From Phycisphaerae bacterium (GTDB taxonomy: Bacteria > Planctomycetota > Phycisphaerae > UBA1845), in the NCBI GenBank assembly GCA_035344155.1, contig DAORAL010000018.1, positions 17,565 to 81,564 of the forward strand: a DNA stretch of 64,000 nt, read 5' to 3'. This document shows positions 1-9,622 of this stretch, piece after piece. The translations under genes and the position numbers were made by a program. Under the pieces are notes generated by a model. That model saw only the letters and a list, made by a program, of their open reading frames with translations. It was not told the DNA's origin and made no database searches. How positions within the stretch are numbered: position 1 is the first letter of the stretch; every line of letters starts with the position of its first letter.

Positions 1-1437
1 CTGAGGCCAACCGAGTTGTCCCGGGTAGCCTTCGTCGGTGTTTTGTGCTTTGCCTTCGTCGATGTGCCAGATCGCGAGCCCACCTTGCGGCATGGCCGTT
101 TCGATGCCGATGGGTTGGCGGTTTTCGATGAGCAGAAATTCTTCGGAAGATTGGGCGTAACCCGCGTTGATGCGGTAGACGACCGGATTGAACTCAACGT
201 TGGGCGCTGTGTACCGATTCGGCTCATCGATGACGATGGGATCAAGCCACCCCAATTGCATTTTGGAATAAGCCGAAAAGTGGGGCGGGTGAAGTTGCGA
301 TTGATCGAATCCCCACGCGTTGGCCATCATGCCCCACGATCCTGCGCCCTGCCCACCGCCGTCTATATCGTAGTAATCGGGAAGGCCAAAAAAGTGACCC
401 GTTTCGTGGGCCGCAACGCCAATGCGGCTGATCGCATTGCCGGAACTACCCCACAATGCAGGTTCGGTGTGGTAGTCGAAGACATCAACCGCGACGCCGT
501 TGCTGTTGAGATCGTTGCTGACCCACCAGACCGTACCGGGAATCTGAAACAGTGCCCAGCGATGTGACCAGATCCAGTTTCCGCCGCCGCCACCGGTTTC
601 TGCGCCGTACCCGGAATGGATGATGCTGATGGCGTCAATGCGCCCATCGAGATCAAGGTCAAAATCCGCGAAGTCAATGAACGGGTCGACGGCGTCGAGT
701 GCATCCTTGACCATTCCCTGGGCATTGTTGGGATAGTTGAGTGTAAGACCATTTGAACCGGCTGCGTAGTATGCTTCCTCGTGCGGTAAAGTCACCCATG
801 CCGCGACGGTGCTGTTGATGGTGAGTTGCCCATACGAGTTTTCGAGAAAGCAATCGCGAACGCTGCCGGTTGGTGCGAGGGTTGGATCACCGCCGGCTGC
901 ATTCCATAGCACATCGAAATCTTCGCGCGAACGCGTGTGCACGCCGAAGTCGTGGTCTGCAAACTTGCAAAGCACGACGAGATTTTTCACCGTACCGGTT
1001 GCGCCCGCGTTTGACTTTGCCCGCGATTTGCTCAACACCGAGGGCGGTGGATCGCCGAGCAATCGCTCGCGGGTTGCTTCGATCACGCGGTGATCGGGTT
1101 GCAGTTTTGGCGCAAGACCCGCAGCCGCCGGATCCGACTTTCCGACCAGAAGGTCGGTGGCGGTCAGTTCACCGCGGGCATTGCGCTTTGCGTAAACGTA
1201 CTCTTTGTTCTTGAGGAGCACGGTGAAGCCTTGCATGTCTTCAAACCAGTGATACTCGGGGTAACCGAAGATGCGCAACGTGATCGTTGTGCCGTCGGGT
1301 TGAGTCAATTGAATGGGCGCGGGGGATGCCGGCATTGCAGAAACGCTTGCGGCGTTGCTGCAAAGCGCGAGAAGGAACGCGGACAGAAGCAGCGCACAGA
1401 CTCCCCCTGAATGCTCCGGTATCACTCGCGATGACAT
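1..1437 (-). CDS. Secreted M6-family (immune inhibitor A-like) zinc metalloprotease, C-terminus cut by the window edge
   Basis: Absent from the ORF track because it runs off base 1. My translation of the minus strand from ATG at 1437 gives MSSRVIPEHSGGVCALLLSAFLLALCSNAASVSA (signal peptide), then GVAAHETGHFFGLPDYYD (HExxH plus downstream Asp, M6 style) and FLLIENRQP...GGLAIWHIDE. The frame is open down to base 1. Confidence 0.85.
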   Translation of the reverse strand, partial: MSSRVIPEHSGGVCALLLSAFLLALCSNAASVSAMPASPAPIQLTQPDGTTITLRIFGYPEYHWFEDMQGFTVLLKNKEYVYAKRNARGELTATDLLVGKSDPAAAGLAPKLQPDHRVIEATRERLLGDPPPSVLSKSRAKSNAGATGTVKNLVVLCKFADHDFGVHTRSREDFDVLWNAAGGDPTLAPTGSVRDCFLENSYGQLTINSTVAAWVTLPHEEAYYAAGSNGLTLNYPNNAQGMVKDALDAVDPFIDFADFDLDLDGRIDAISIIHSGYGAETGGGGGNWIWSHRWALFQIPGTVWWVSNDLNSNGVAVDVFDYHTEPALWGSSGNAISRIGVAAHETGHFFGLPDYYDIDGGGQGAGSWGMMANAWGFDQSQLHPPHFSAYSKMQLGWLDPIVIDEPNRYTAPNVEFNPVVYRINAGYAQSSEEFLLIENRQPIGIETAMPQGGLAIWHIDEGKAQNTDEGYPGQLGWPQ

Positions 1438-1771
1438 CGTCGTTCCCATATGATTCGGCTGTCTACCCACACACCGTCCCCCATATTAATTTATGCACTT
1501 GACGCGATGGATTCAATGAATGATCACTTCAGTCCATTGACAGGTCCACATAATTTGACAAAACCGCGAAGTTATCCGAAGTGTGTCTGCAAAGTTGCCG
1601 CTGCCACTGGTTGCGATCGGCGAACAGAAACGACGCGGGATTGAACCCGGATTTGAATTGTCAGGTTCAAGGTTGCCGATTGGTGCGCCTCGCCCCATAC
1701 TTCCCTCGAACCTTGATGCGCCGGGCACATGAAGTTTTGATGCCACAAAAAGTCAAAAAGAGACTGCTGCG

Positions 1772-2638
1772 ATGAATTCAGGTCAACCGCAACCCGAAGT
1801 CGCCGAAAAGCGCAAGCTAACCTGCATGGAGATCATGGGGGGCAACAAGGCGTACGACGGCGCGGTTTCGGTTCCCGGTATCGATGCATGGATTTACAGC
1901 AAACCGTATGGCGGAGACGAAGCCGGCGGAGACATTCATTACCTTTCGGTGTGCGGGGGAAGCAAGATCACGCGGTTGGCGGTCGCGGATGTCTCCGGTC
2001 ATGGCGGCAGCGTCGGCGAACTCGCGAGCCAGTTGCGAAACTTCATGCGACGTTACATCAATCGTGCGAATCAGACGCGCATCGTCCGCCATCTCAATCG
2101 GAGTTTTCTGCGCCAAGCCGACGGTACGCATTTCGCGACCGCGATCGTGGCGACTTACTTCGCACCGTCCGAAGATCTGATCATCTGCAATGCTGGTCAT
2201 CCGCCACCGCTGCTCTATCGGGCGTCGAAGAAAACCTGGCACGAATTGAATCCGAACGAACCGGAAACGTCTGGGTCTGCCGCCAATCTTCCGTTGGGCA
2301 TCATCTCTGAGACGAAGTTCTACCAGTATGCCGTGAAACTCGAAGTCGATGATCTCGTGTTGTTTTATACCGACGGTCTTCCTGAAACGGCGGACGCCGA
2401 TGGCAAACAGCTTGGACAGGCCGGTCTCTTGAAACTGGTTGGGGAGATCGATGTAGACGATCAGGAATCGTTTGTCGCGTCGCTTCGCAGCCGATTGGCC
2501 GAGTTTCGAGGTGGCGCCGAGGAAGGTGACGATATCACGGCGATCCTGATTCGCCACAATGCCGCCCGCGCACCGCGTCCCTCGCTGGGCGAAAACCTCA
2601 AAGTCATCGGCAAGCTGTTGCACCTCGTGAAAGTCTGA
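1772..2638 (+). CDS. PP2C-family (SpoIIE/RsbU-like) serine phosphatase
   Basis: 288 aa. GGDIHYL, LAVADVSGHG, ICNAGHPPPLL, LFYTDGLPE and GDDITAILIRH match the PP2C/SpoIIE metal-binding blocks. Confidence 0.85.
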   Translation: MNSGQPQPEVAEKRKLTCMEIMGGNKAYDGAVSVPGIDAWIYSKPYGGDEAGGDIHYLSVCGGSKITRLAVADVSGHGGSVGELASQLRNFMRRYINRANQTRIVRHLNRSFLRQADGTHFATAIVATYFAPSEDLIICNAGHPPPLLYRASKKTWHELNPNEPETSGSAANLPLGIISETKFYQYAVKLEVDDLVLFYTDGLPETADADGKQLGQAGLLKLVGEIDVDDQESFVASLRSRLAEFRGGAEEGDDITAILIRHNAARAPRPSLGENLKVIGKLLHLVKV

Positions 2639-2643
2639 ACACC

Positions 2644-2708
2644 TAGGGTGGGCCGCGCCTTCCATGTTGTTGTACGGCCAAACGGCGGTGGGCACGGCCC
2701 ACCCTACG
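2644..2708. repeat. 65-nt palindromic REP-like element (family A, copy 1) between convergent gene ends
   Basis: TAGGGTGGGCCGCGCC...GGTGGGCACGGCCCACCCTACG. Its reverse complement aligns almost base for base with the element at 23522-23586. The terminal inverted repeats can fold into a long hairpin. Confidence 0.8.
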
Positions 2709-2731
2709 TCGACTTTCGGTAAAGCATTTTC

Positions 2732-3517
2732 CTAACCGGCCAACTCTTCGCGAAGTCTGTTGCCTCCGTTTTTGCGCAAACGGTCGAGCACGTCCTGGTG
2801 AATCTGGCTGACGCGCGATTCGGACAGTGACAACACGCTGCCGATTTCCGACATCGTCAGGTTCTCGTAGTAGTAAAGCACAAGAATGGCCTTTTCGTTT
2901 TTTGACAGACCGCGGCCCAGGTATGCGGCGAGCATCGATCGCGAAATGTTGTTGGCCGGGTCGACCGCTTGTGGGTCGGGAATGGAAAACGCCCGCTGCT
3001 CGCCAGCGTTTTGTTCGCGCGATGATTCCAGTGTGCTGAAGGGAATCGCTTGTCCCATTGACGAAATGCGCGACATGCGGTCGAACTTCGGGACGGGCAT
3101 GCCCATTCGGTTTGCGATTTCCTGCGGTAAGGGACTACGCTCGTGGGCCACGCGAAGAAGGTGCGCGATCTGGTCGCGTTTCTTTTCGAACGTGCGAATC
3201 GCCCGCCCGTGCGTATCGATCGTTCGCATCCAATCGACGACGGCGCCGAAGAGTCGTTGACGGCAGTACGTGGGAAAGGTCGCGCCACCGCTGGGGTTGT
3301 AGGTTTCGATGGCCTGCACCAGTCCGTCAAACGCGGCGCAACGGATTTCGTCGTATGAAATGTGCGGCGGGAGTCGGCGGGCCATCCTTCCTGCATGGCG
3401 ATTCACCAACGGAACATAGCGCTGGACCAATGCGTTTCGATCCGTCTTGGTGCGGTTTCGCAAGTACCGTCGCCACAATATTTGTTCAACATCCGTGTGT
3501 GCTTTTCCTGCTGTCAT
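2732..3517 (-). CDS. fliA: Flagellar RNA polymerase sigma factor (sigma-28, FliA/WhiG family)
   Basis: 261 aa. Region 2 (RYVPLVNRHAGRMARRLPPHISYDEIRCAAFDGLVQAIETYNP...FPTYCRQRLFGAVVDWMR) and region 4 (LVLYYYENLTMSEIGSVLSLSESRVSQIH). AAGGAGG Shine-Dalgarno just upstream of ATG 3517. Confidence 0.85.
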   Translation of the reverse strand: MTAGKAHTDVEQILWRRYLRNRTKTDRNALVQRYVPLVNRHAGRMARRLPPHISYDEIRCAAFDGLVQAIETYNPSGGATFPTYCRQRLFGAVVDWMRTIDTHGRAIRTFEKKRDQIAHLLRVAHERSPLPQEIANRMGMPVPKFDRMSRISSMGQAIPFSTLESSREQNAGEQRAFSIPDPQAVDPANNISRSMLAAYLGRGLSKNEKAILVLYYYENLTMSEIGSVLSLSESRVSQIHQDVLDRLRKNGGNRLREELAG

Positions 3518-3728
3518 CGCGTTCCTCCTTACCGCGGGCTGATTCCGGGCGCACGTTTTCCGTGCGTGGGATCTGGTGGCGTAAAGCGCGCATTAATCCT
3601 GACTGACGAAATTTGAGCTTTGATTTCAAACAGAGTGGGCGCGACTTGACCTGAAAAGGAGGACTCGATCTTGGCAGAAAGAAAGTACCCCCAAATAGGG
3701 GCGGCAGCTATAGGGAATGATCCTGAGA

Positions 3729-3755
3729 TTATCGGAACCTGGGGCCGGCGTTGGG
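3729..3755 (-). promoter_or_regulatory. Weak sigma-28-like promoter candidate upstream of fliA
   Basis: The minus strand reads TCCGATAA (7/8 to GCCGATAA) at 3736-3729. The -35 position (N15) reads CCCA, a poor match to TAAA. About 210 nt upstream of the fliA ATG. Confidence 0.2.
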
Positions 3756-3764
3756 GAAGAAGCC

Positions 3765-4562
3765 CTACGGTTCGTGATGCGGCAGCTTGATGCGTTCGAT
3801 GTGTTCGCAGCGACCGCTGTTCGGGTCGACGGTTGCGATGATGCCGCAGACGTTGATGTTGTCGGTGGCGACGTCGAACCGTGCGGGGATGGCGTGAACC
3901 ATCGATTGCAGGACGCGGGCTTTGTCGCGCCCGAGCACACCGTCATAAGGACCGGTCATGCCGAGGTCTGTGATGTATCCGGTTCCACCGGGCAGCACCT
4001 GCTCGTCGGCAGTCGGGATGTGTGTATGGGTTCCGAACATGACGCTGACGCGCCCATCGAGATGCCAGCCCATCGCGACCTTTTCGCTGGTGGCTTCCGC
4101 GTGCATGTCGCAGACGATGATCTTCACTTCGCTGGGAATTTTTGCGAGGACTCGGTCGGCGGCTTTGAATGGGCAGTCGGCTTGTGGCTTCATGTAGAGA
4201 CGCCCAAGCAAGGAGAAGACAGCGACCTTCGTACCGTTTTCGGTTTCGTGAATCGCGAACTCCCGCCCCGGCGCGGTGGGGGGCAGGTTGGCTGGCTTGA
4301 CGATCTGCGGCGCGGTTTCCAGGGTCGCGATGATTTCGCGGCGACGGTAAATGTGGTCGCCGAGTGTCACAAGGTTGACGCCTGATTTGAGCAGTTTTTC
4401 AAATAGCGTGGGCGTGATGCCCGATCCGGATGAGATGTTTTCTGCGTTGACAATGGCGCAATCAATGCCGCGTTCTTTGGTGATTTTCGGTAGTTCGTGC
4501 GCGATTGCCTTTCGGCCAGGATTTCCAACCACATCGCCTGCGCAGAGTACCTTGATCCCCAT
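3765..4562 (-). CDS. ymdB: YmdB-family metallophosphoesterase (2',3'-cyclic nucleotide phosphodiesterase)
   Basis: 265 aa, collinear with B. subtilis YmdB: MGIKVLCAGDVVGNPGR, VNAEN, DMHAEATSEK, GTHTHIPTADEQVLPGGTGYITDLGMTGPYDGVLG. Confidence 0.9.
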   Translation of the reverse strand: MGIKVLCAGDVVGNPGRKAIAHELPKITKERGIDCAIVNAENISSGSGITPTLFEKLLKSGVNLVTLGDHIYRRREIIATLETAPQIVKPANLPPTAPGREFAIHETENGTKVAVFSLLGRLYMKPQADCPFKAADRVLAKIPSEVKIIVCDMHAEATSEKVAMGWHLDGRVSVMFGTHTHIPTADEQVLPGGTGYITDLGMTGPYDGVLGRDKARVLQSMVHAIPARFDVATDNINVCGIIATVDPNSGRCEHIERIKLPHHEP

Positions 4563-4618
4563 AAACGGTGACTGCTTTCTGTAGGCCGACTCTTAGGAAG
4601 CGGCGACAAATGAATCGA

Positions 4619-6205
4619 CTAGCGGGCGATGCCCACCGCGCGAATCTCGCGCAACACGGTGACCCGTACTTCTCCGGGATAGGTCATTTCCTCTTCGATG
4701 CGCTTGGCGATGTCGTGGGCGATCTTTGACGCGCGGGCGTCGTCGACCTTTTTGGCATCGACAATCACACGCACTTCGCGACCGGCTTGAATCGCAAACG
4801 CCTGTCGCACGCCATGCTGTTCCGTCGCCAAAGACTCAAGCTGTTCGAGTCGCTTGATGTACCGTTCCAGCGACTCGCGACGACCTCCGGGACGCGATGC
4901 GCTAATCGCATCTGCAGCCGCGACCAGTGGTGTGTATGGACTGGTGGCTTCGACGTCGCCGTGGTGTCCCCAGATGGCGTTGAGAACTTCCGGCTTTTCA
5001 TTGTAGCGTTTGCAGAACTCGTATCCTACCAGCGGGTGACCGCCTTCCTGTTCGTGGTCGATGGCTTTGCCGATGTCGTGCAGCAAACCGCAACGACGGG
5101 CCAGGCGGCCATCGAGCCCGAGTTCGTCGGCCATGTTCTGACAAAGAAACGCGACTTCGATGCTGTGGCGGAGGACGTTTTGACCGTAACTGGTGCGGTA
5201 TGACAGACGGCCCAGAAGCTCCATCTGGCGTTTGTGAAGCCCGCCGATATTGGCTTCGACGCTTGCGGCTTTTCCGGCGGCCATCACGTCCTTTTCGACA
5301 TCCTTGGCCGTCTCCTCAACGAGTTCTTCGATGCGTCCCGGGTGGATGCGGCCGTCCTGAATAAGTCGCTCCAACGACCGACGGGCGACTTCGCGGCGGA
5401 CCGGGTCGAACGCGCTGACAATGACCACGCCAGGCGTGTCGTCAACGATGACGTCGACACCGGTGGCTTTTTCGAATGCGCGGATGTTACGACCTTCGCG
5501 ACCGATGACGCGGCCTTTCATCTCATCCGACGGGATATCGACGGTTGAGACGGTGCTGGCTGAGGTATGTTCAGCCGCCGAGCGCTGGATGGCGGTGATG
5601 ATGATTTCGCGGGCCTTTTCGTCGGCTTCTTCTTTGGCCTCGGTCAGGGTGCGGTCGATCAAGCGGGCCGCATCGTTTTCGATATCGTGCTTGACGATTT
5701 CGAGGAGGCGGCGCTTGGCTTCGTCGACGCTCATGCTGCTGATGCGGACGAGTTCGGCTTGCTCGCGTTCGAGGGCTTCGTCGAGCCTGGCTTCCTTGGC
5801 GGAAACTTCTTCCTCGCGTTTGGCGAGTTTCTTTTCGTTGGCTTCGATGTTGCGTTCTTTGGTGGCGAGAGTGTCGAGCTTGCTGTCGACGCTGTCTTCG
5901 CGTTTGGAGAGGCGTTTTTCGGTTTCTTTGAATTCGGCGCGGACGATCGCGGTTTCCTTGGCGAATTCTTCCTGCCGTTTGAGGGCTTCGGCTTTGGCGT
6001 CGACCTCTGCGGCTTTCAGCAGCGTTTCGGCTTCGCGGCGGGCGTCCTGCACGATGCTGTCAGCTTCGGCACGTTGCGACGCGGCTTTCATTTTGCTGCG
6101 TATGACCACGCCGACAATCGCGAGAACGATGCCGATGATGCCACCGTATACGAGGTCGGGCGAATCGAACGCCGCGATAAGCCCTGTGTTGATAATCGCG
6201 AGCAT
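4619..6205 (-). CDS. rny: Ribonuclease Y
   Basis: 528 aa. N-terminal TM helix, long Glu/Lys/Ala coiled coil, KH domain ([26 protein letters not shown]), HD domain ([10 protein letters not shown]...GLLHDIGK). Confidence 0.95.
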   Translation of the reverse strand: MLAIINTGLIAAFDSPDLVYGGIIGIVLAIVGVVIRSKMKAASQRAEADSIVQDARREAETLLKAAEVDAKAEALKRQEEFAKETAIVRAEFKETEKRLSKREDSVDSKLDTLATKERNIEANEKKLAKREEEVSAKEARLDEALEREQAELVRISSMSVDEAKRRLLEIVKHDIENDAARLIDRTLTEAKEEADEKAREIIITAIQRSAAEHTSASTVSTVDIPSDEMKGRVIGREGRNIRAFEKATGVDVIVDDTPGVVIVSAFDPVRREVARRSLERLIQDGRIHPGRIEELVEETAKDVEKDVMAAGKAASVEANIGGLHKRQMELLGRLSYRTSYGQNVLRHSIEVAFLCQNMADELGLDGRLARRCGLLHDIGKAIDHEQEGGHPLVGYEFCKRYNEKPEVLNAIWGHHGDVEATSPYTPLVAAADAISASRPGGRRESLERYIKRLEQLESLATEQHGVRQAFAIQAGREVRVIVDAKKVDDARASKIAHDIAKRIEEEMTYPGEVRVTVLREIRAVGIAR

Positions 6206-6445
6206 CTGAAGTCCATCCAGTTAGAGATACAATTGTTACGCGAACGTTCGCAGTGAAGCGCGACGATACCTTCGCGGGACTCTGTCGCTTGCAATGAGGG
6301 GGGCTTGACCGACCACCGACGACGATGGGGTCGAATTCAACCGAGAGGTCTTACAGCGATTTGGAGAAAGGGTGAGATCCCGGACCATCCATGCGTGGAG
6401 ATCGATTGATTGTCCTGATCGATTCAAACTGCTGAATCGGTCGCA

Positions 6446-6760
6446 CTACCCGGTTCGTTTGACGGGTAGAGGGGTGCAGGCCGGCAGATACCTGAGGGAT
6501 CGACGGTTTGCTTCCAAAGGACAACGCAGCGTCCGGCGAAACCGACCTGCACGACCATCACCTGGGGCAACGGGACAGGTTTGCAGTTTCGTAATTCCGA
6601 GCAGGGGCATTGCATACGCGGCAACCCCATTCGGGAAGAGATCTGGCCACTGGGCAGCCGCATAGCGCGATGCGCCCATCACCAACACCAGACTCAGGAT
6701 GAACCAGGACACCAACAACATGATCAGACGACTCGCTACACGATGGATTTCAGATGGCAT
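6446..6760 (-). CDS. Hypothetical small membrane-anchored protein
   Basis: 104-aa ORF with ATG start and one N-terminal hydrophobic helix (LIMLLVSWFILSLVLVMGA). No recognisable motif. It sits in an otherwise unassigned 1-kb spacer. Confidence 0.25.
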   Translation of the reverse strand: MPSEIHRVASRLIMLLVSWFILSLVLVMGASRYAAAQWPDLFPNGVAAYAMPLLGITKLQTCPVAPGDGRAGRFRRTLRCPLEANRRSLRYLPACTPLPVKRTG

Positions 6761-7229
6761 CGATCCGCTTGCCCAAACATTGAAACCGGCAACCGACGAT
6801 GCTCACTCGTGGTCAAGAGCGTTTAGAATCTCGAACGACCAACTTTCTCGTACGACAACTTCTTTAGTGGCAAAATCGCTGTGAGAGTTTGCTAACCCTC
6901 GCTGCAAACAAATTCCTTACCTGCCGATCACCGCCCAGCATCCCGCACGCTTTCAAATGTTGCCCGCACGGTTGCGGCTTTCGGTTGTTAACTGTTTGAT
7001 TACAAATACTTAGCGGACAATTCGTCCCGCCAATCGGAGTATAGGCCCAGGTGCCCGCCTGTCAAGCAGAATGCGGGGGACCTTCTTGACCATCGGGAGG
7101 CTCGGCGTCTGCCGTTCTTGATCCTGAGGCGATCAATCCGCGGAGCCCGCTCAAGCCCACTTTCGGAGGGGTCGCGCATGTCTTAGGATTCGAGGCTTGG
7201 TTTGAACAGACCCCCAGGGAGGACCACCG

Positions 7230-8462
7230 ATGGATTCACTTCTCGACCGGTTTTGCCGGTACGTCAAAATCGAAAGCGGAGCAGTTGAAGGCACGTCAAA
7301 TTACCCCAGTTCGCCAGGGCAGCTCGAAATGGGGAAATTGCTCAAGGGCGAGCTTGAGGCTTTGGGCATCAAGGATGTGTCGATGGACGAATACGGAATC
7401 GTCATGGGCACGATCCCCGGCAACATGCCCGACGCCCCGGTGATTGCCTGGATCGCCCACGTTGATACCTCGCCCGAGTTCACCGGTCGAAACGTCAAGC
7501 CGGTCGTGCACGAAAACTACGATGGTAAGGACATCGTTCTTCCCGGCTGCCCTTCGCGCGTGATTCGTCCGACTGAAAATGAGGACCTCGCGGAGCTGAA
7601 GGGGAAGACGATCATCACGACAGACGGCACCACGCTTCTTGGCGCGGACGACAAAGCCGGGGTGGCTGTCATCATGGATGCGGCGCAGTACCTAATGAAT
7701 CACGGTGAAATCAAACGCGGCGACATTCGCATTTGCTTTACCTGTGACGAAGAGATTGGTCATGGCGTCGATCACGTTGAGTTGAAAAAACTCGGCGCGG
7801 TGGTCGGTTATACACTCGATGGTGAAGGGCAGGGTTACGTTGAGTTTGAAACGTTTTCAGCCGACCTCGCGACGGTCACGGTGACCGGGGTCAACACGCA
7901 TCCGGGTTATGCCAAGGGCAAAATGGTCAACGCCATACGCATCGCATCGGAGTTTGTTCGTCGGATGCCAGCCGACCGACTGGACCCATCGGTAACGGAA
8001 GGGCGCGAAGGTTTCCTACATCCGTATGTGTTTGAAGGCGGGGTGGCCGAATCGAAAATTCGCATTTTGTTGCGAGATTTTGACGACGGCAAGTTGACCG
8101 AGTACCGCGACTTGTTGCATTCGATCGCCAACGAACTGCTCGACGAGTATCCGAAAGCGCAGATCAGCGTCGTGATCAAGGAGCAGTATCGCAACATGGC
8201 GGCTGGCATCGCCAAAGAACCGCGGGCTGTCGATCTTGCACGTCAGGCGATGACACGGGCTGGCATTGAACCGAAAAGTTCGCTTGTTCGCGGTGGAACC
8301 GATGGCTCGAGGTTGACCGAGATGGGATTGCCCACGCCAAATCTTTCAACCGGCATGCACGATTATCATTCGCCGAAAGAATGGGCGTGTCTTGAAGAGA
8401 TGGAATCGGCAGTTCGCGTACTGGTTGAATTAGCTAAACTTTGGGGTGAGCAGTCCGGCTGA
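7230..8462 (+). CDS. pepT: Peptidase T (tripeptide aminopeptidase, M20B)
   Basis: 410 aa, collinear with E. coli PepT: LLDRFCRYVKIES, IAHVDTSPEFTG, TTDGTTLLGADDKAGVA, CDEEIGHG, RGGTDGS. Confidence 0.95.
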   Translation: MDSLLDRFCRYVKIESGAVEGTSNYPSSPGQLEMGKLLKGELEALGIKDVSMDEYGIVMGTIPGNMPDAPVIAWIAHVDTSPEFTGRNVKPVVHENYDGKDIVLPGCPSRVIRPTENEDLAELKGKTIITTDGTTLLGADDKAGVAVIMDAAQYLMNHGEIKRGDIRICFTCDEEIGHGVDHVELKKLGAVVGYTLDGEGQGYVEFETFSADLATVTVTGVNTHPGYAKGKMVNAIRIASEFVRRMPADRLDPSVTEGREGFLHPYVFEGGVAESKIRILLRDFDDGKLTEYRDLLHSIANELLDEYPKAQISVVIKEQYRNMAAGIAKEPRAVDLARQAMTRAGIEPKSSLVRGGTDGSRLTEMGLPTPNLSTGMHDYHSPKEWACLEEMESAVRVLVELAKLWGEQSG

Positions 8463-9622
8463 TCGTAAAATCGCTTGGCCAGCAGTTGCGGCGTGATCGG
8501 CGTTGTTGCGAGGATTTCTGCGATACGTTTGGCGCTCTGCCCGTCGCCGTATGGGTTTACAAGGTCATTTAGCGTCGCGGCAAACTTGGCGGATTGAGCG
8601 TGTTGGATGGCGTCGCAGATCGCGGCGTATTCCGGCTCGGTGTCGATCACGTTGGCCGCCCTGACGCGTCCGTCCTGCCGCGTTCCCACATTCACAGCCG
8701 GTGTCTTAAAACTCGGCGCTTCAATAATGCCGGCAGAACTGTTGCCGATCATTAGCGTCGCGGTATCCATCAACGTCAAAAATGCTTGCCTTGGAATGGA
8801 CTGAAACTGCCGGGCCCGAGGGTGATGTTCGCAGAATGATTGAATTGTCTGGTCGATGCCGATGTGCCCGGAGTCGGCATTGGGCGAGACGATGACGAAA
8901 TTAGCATTGTTGTCCATGGAACATTTGACGGCATCGAGGAGTGTCGCCATCGACTCGGCTGGCGTCTGATCGGCAGTTGTTCGCGTCTCGGGATGGTAGA
9001 CGACAAGCACGTTGGTGTGCCCCAGTTGAAAGCCGTATGTTTCGCGAAGCGTCTCGGTGTCGATGGGCGTATGCGAAGCAATGTCGTCCAGCCCGGGTGC
9101 GCCGACACAATGAACGTTCTCGGGCAGCTCGCCCATCTGGATGACGCGGTTTGCATACTCGCACGTCGACGTGAAATGAATGTGGCTCAGTTTGGTGATG
9201 GCGTGGCGAATGCTTTCATCAATCGATCCTTCGGTTCGCTCGCCACCATGAATGTGCGCGACCGGGATGGACAGTGGAAGGGCCGCAATGACCGCGGGAA
9301 ACATATCGAAACGATCACCCAGCACGGTAACAATATCAGGGCGTGCACCCGCAAAACACCGTGCGAATGCAGTCACGCCTTGGCTTATCGACTGTGCGAT
9401 ATCAAACGGAGTATCACCTGGCGCGAGGTACGACAGACCGGCCGCCACGCCAAATCCGTCGGCTTGAATGTCTGCGACAGTGAGTCCGAATGCAGTGGAC
9501 AAATGCATGCCGCCCGCGACGATGCTCAATTCAACGTCATCGCGGTCTTGCAATGCCGCCACAATCGGTCGCTGGATGCCCCATTCACTGCGTGATGTCG
9601 TTACCAATGCTATGCGTCTCAC
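8366..9622 (-). CDS. neuC: UDP-N-acetylglucosamine 2-epimerase (hydrolysing), NeuC/LegG type
   Basis: 418 aa. VTTSRSEWGI, VLGDRFDMF, HIHGGERTEGSIDESIRHAITKLSHIHFTS. GTG start forming a GTGA overlap with the upstream gene's stop. The last ~35 aa overlap pepT on the other strand. Confidence 0.85.
   Translation of the reverse strand: MRRIALVTTSRSEWGIQRPIVAALQDRDDVELSIVAGGMHLSTAFGLTVADIQADGFGVAAGLSYLAPGDTPFDIAQSISQGVTAFARCFAGARPDIVTVLGDRFDMFPAVIAALPLSIPVAHIHGGERTEGSIDESIRHAITKLSHIHFTSTCEYANRVIQMGELPENVHCVGAPGLDDIASHTPIDTETLRETYGFQLGHTNVLVVYHPETRTTADQTPAESMATLLDAVKCSMDNNANFVIVSPNADSGHIGIDQTIQSFCEHHPRARQFQSIPRQAFLTLMDTATLMIGNSSAGIIEAPSFKTPAVNVGTRQDGRVRAANVIDTEPEYAAICDAIQHAQSAKFAATLNDLVNPYGDGQSAKRIAEILATTPITPQLLAKRFYDQPDCSPQSLANSTSTRTADSISSRHAHSFGE

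Noticed and set aside
1817-2695. 292-aa minus-strand ORF opposite the PP2C gene, extending into the REP element
   Set aside because: The PP2C motifs are on the plus strand. The N-terminus of this ORF (PTAVWPYNNMEGAAHP) is encoded by the repeat element itself.
5421-6256. Two long plus-strand ORFs (262 and 229 aa) opposite the rny coiled-coil region
   Set aside because: Low-complexity Ser/Ala/Arg or Phe/Gly/Asp products are produced by the antisense of a Glu/Lys/Ala-rich coiled coil. RNase Y is certain.
6206-7229. 1-kb spacer between rny and pepT scanned for tRNA, tmRNA, RNase P, SRP RNA
   Set aside because: None of the conserved boxes I know are present (T-loop GGTTCGAATCC, RNase P GAGGAAAGTCC, tmRNA 3' end, SRP GGAAGCAG-type motif). 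Only a weak 104-aa ORF is listed at low confidence.
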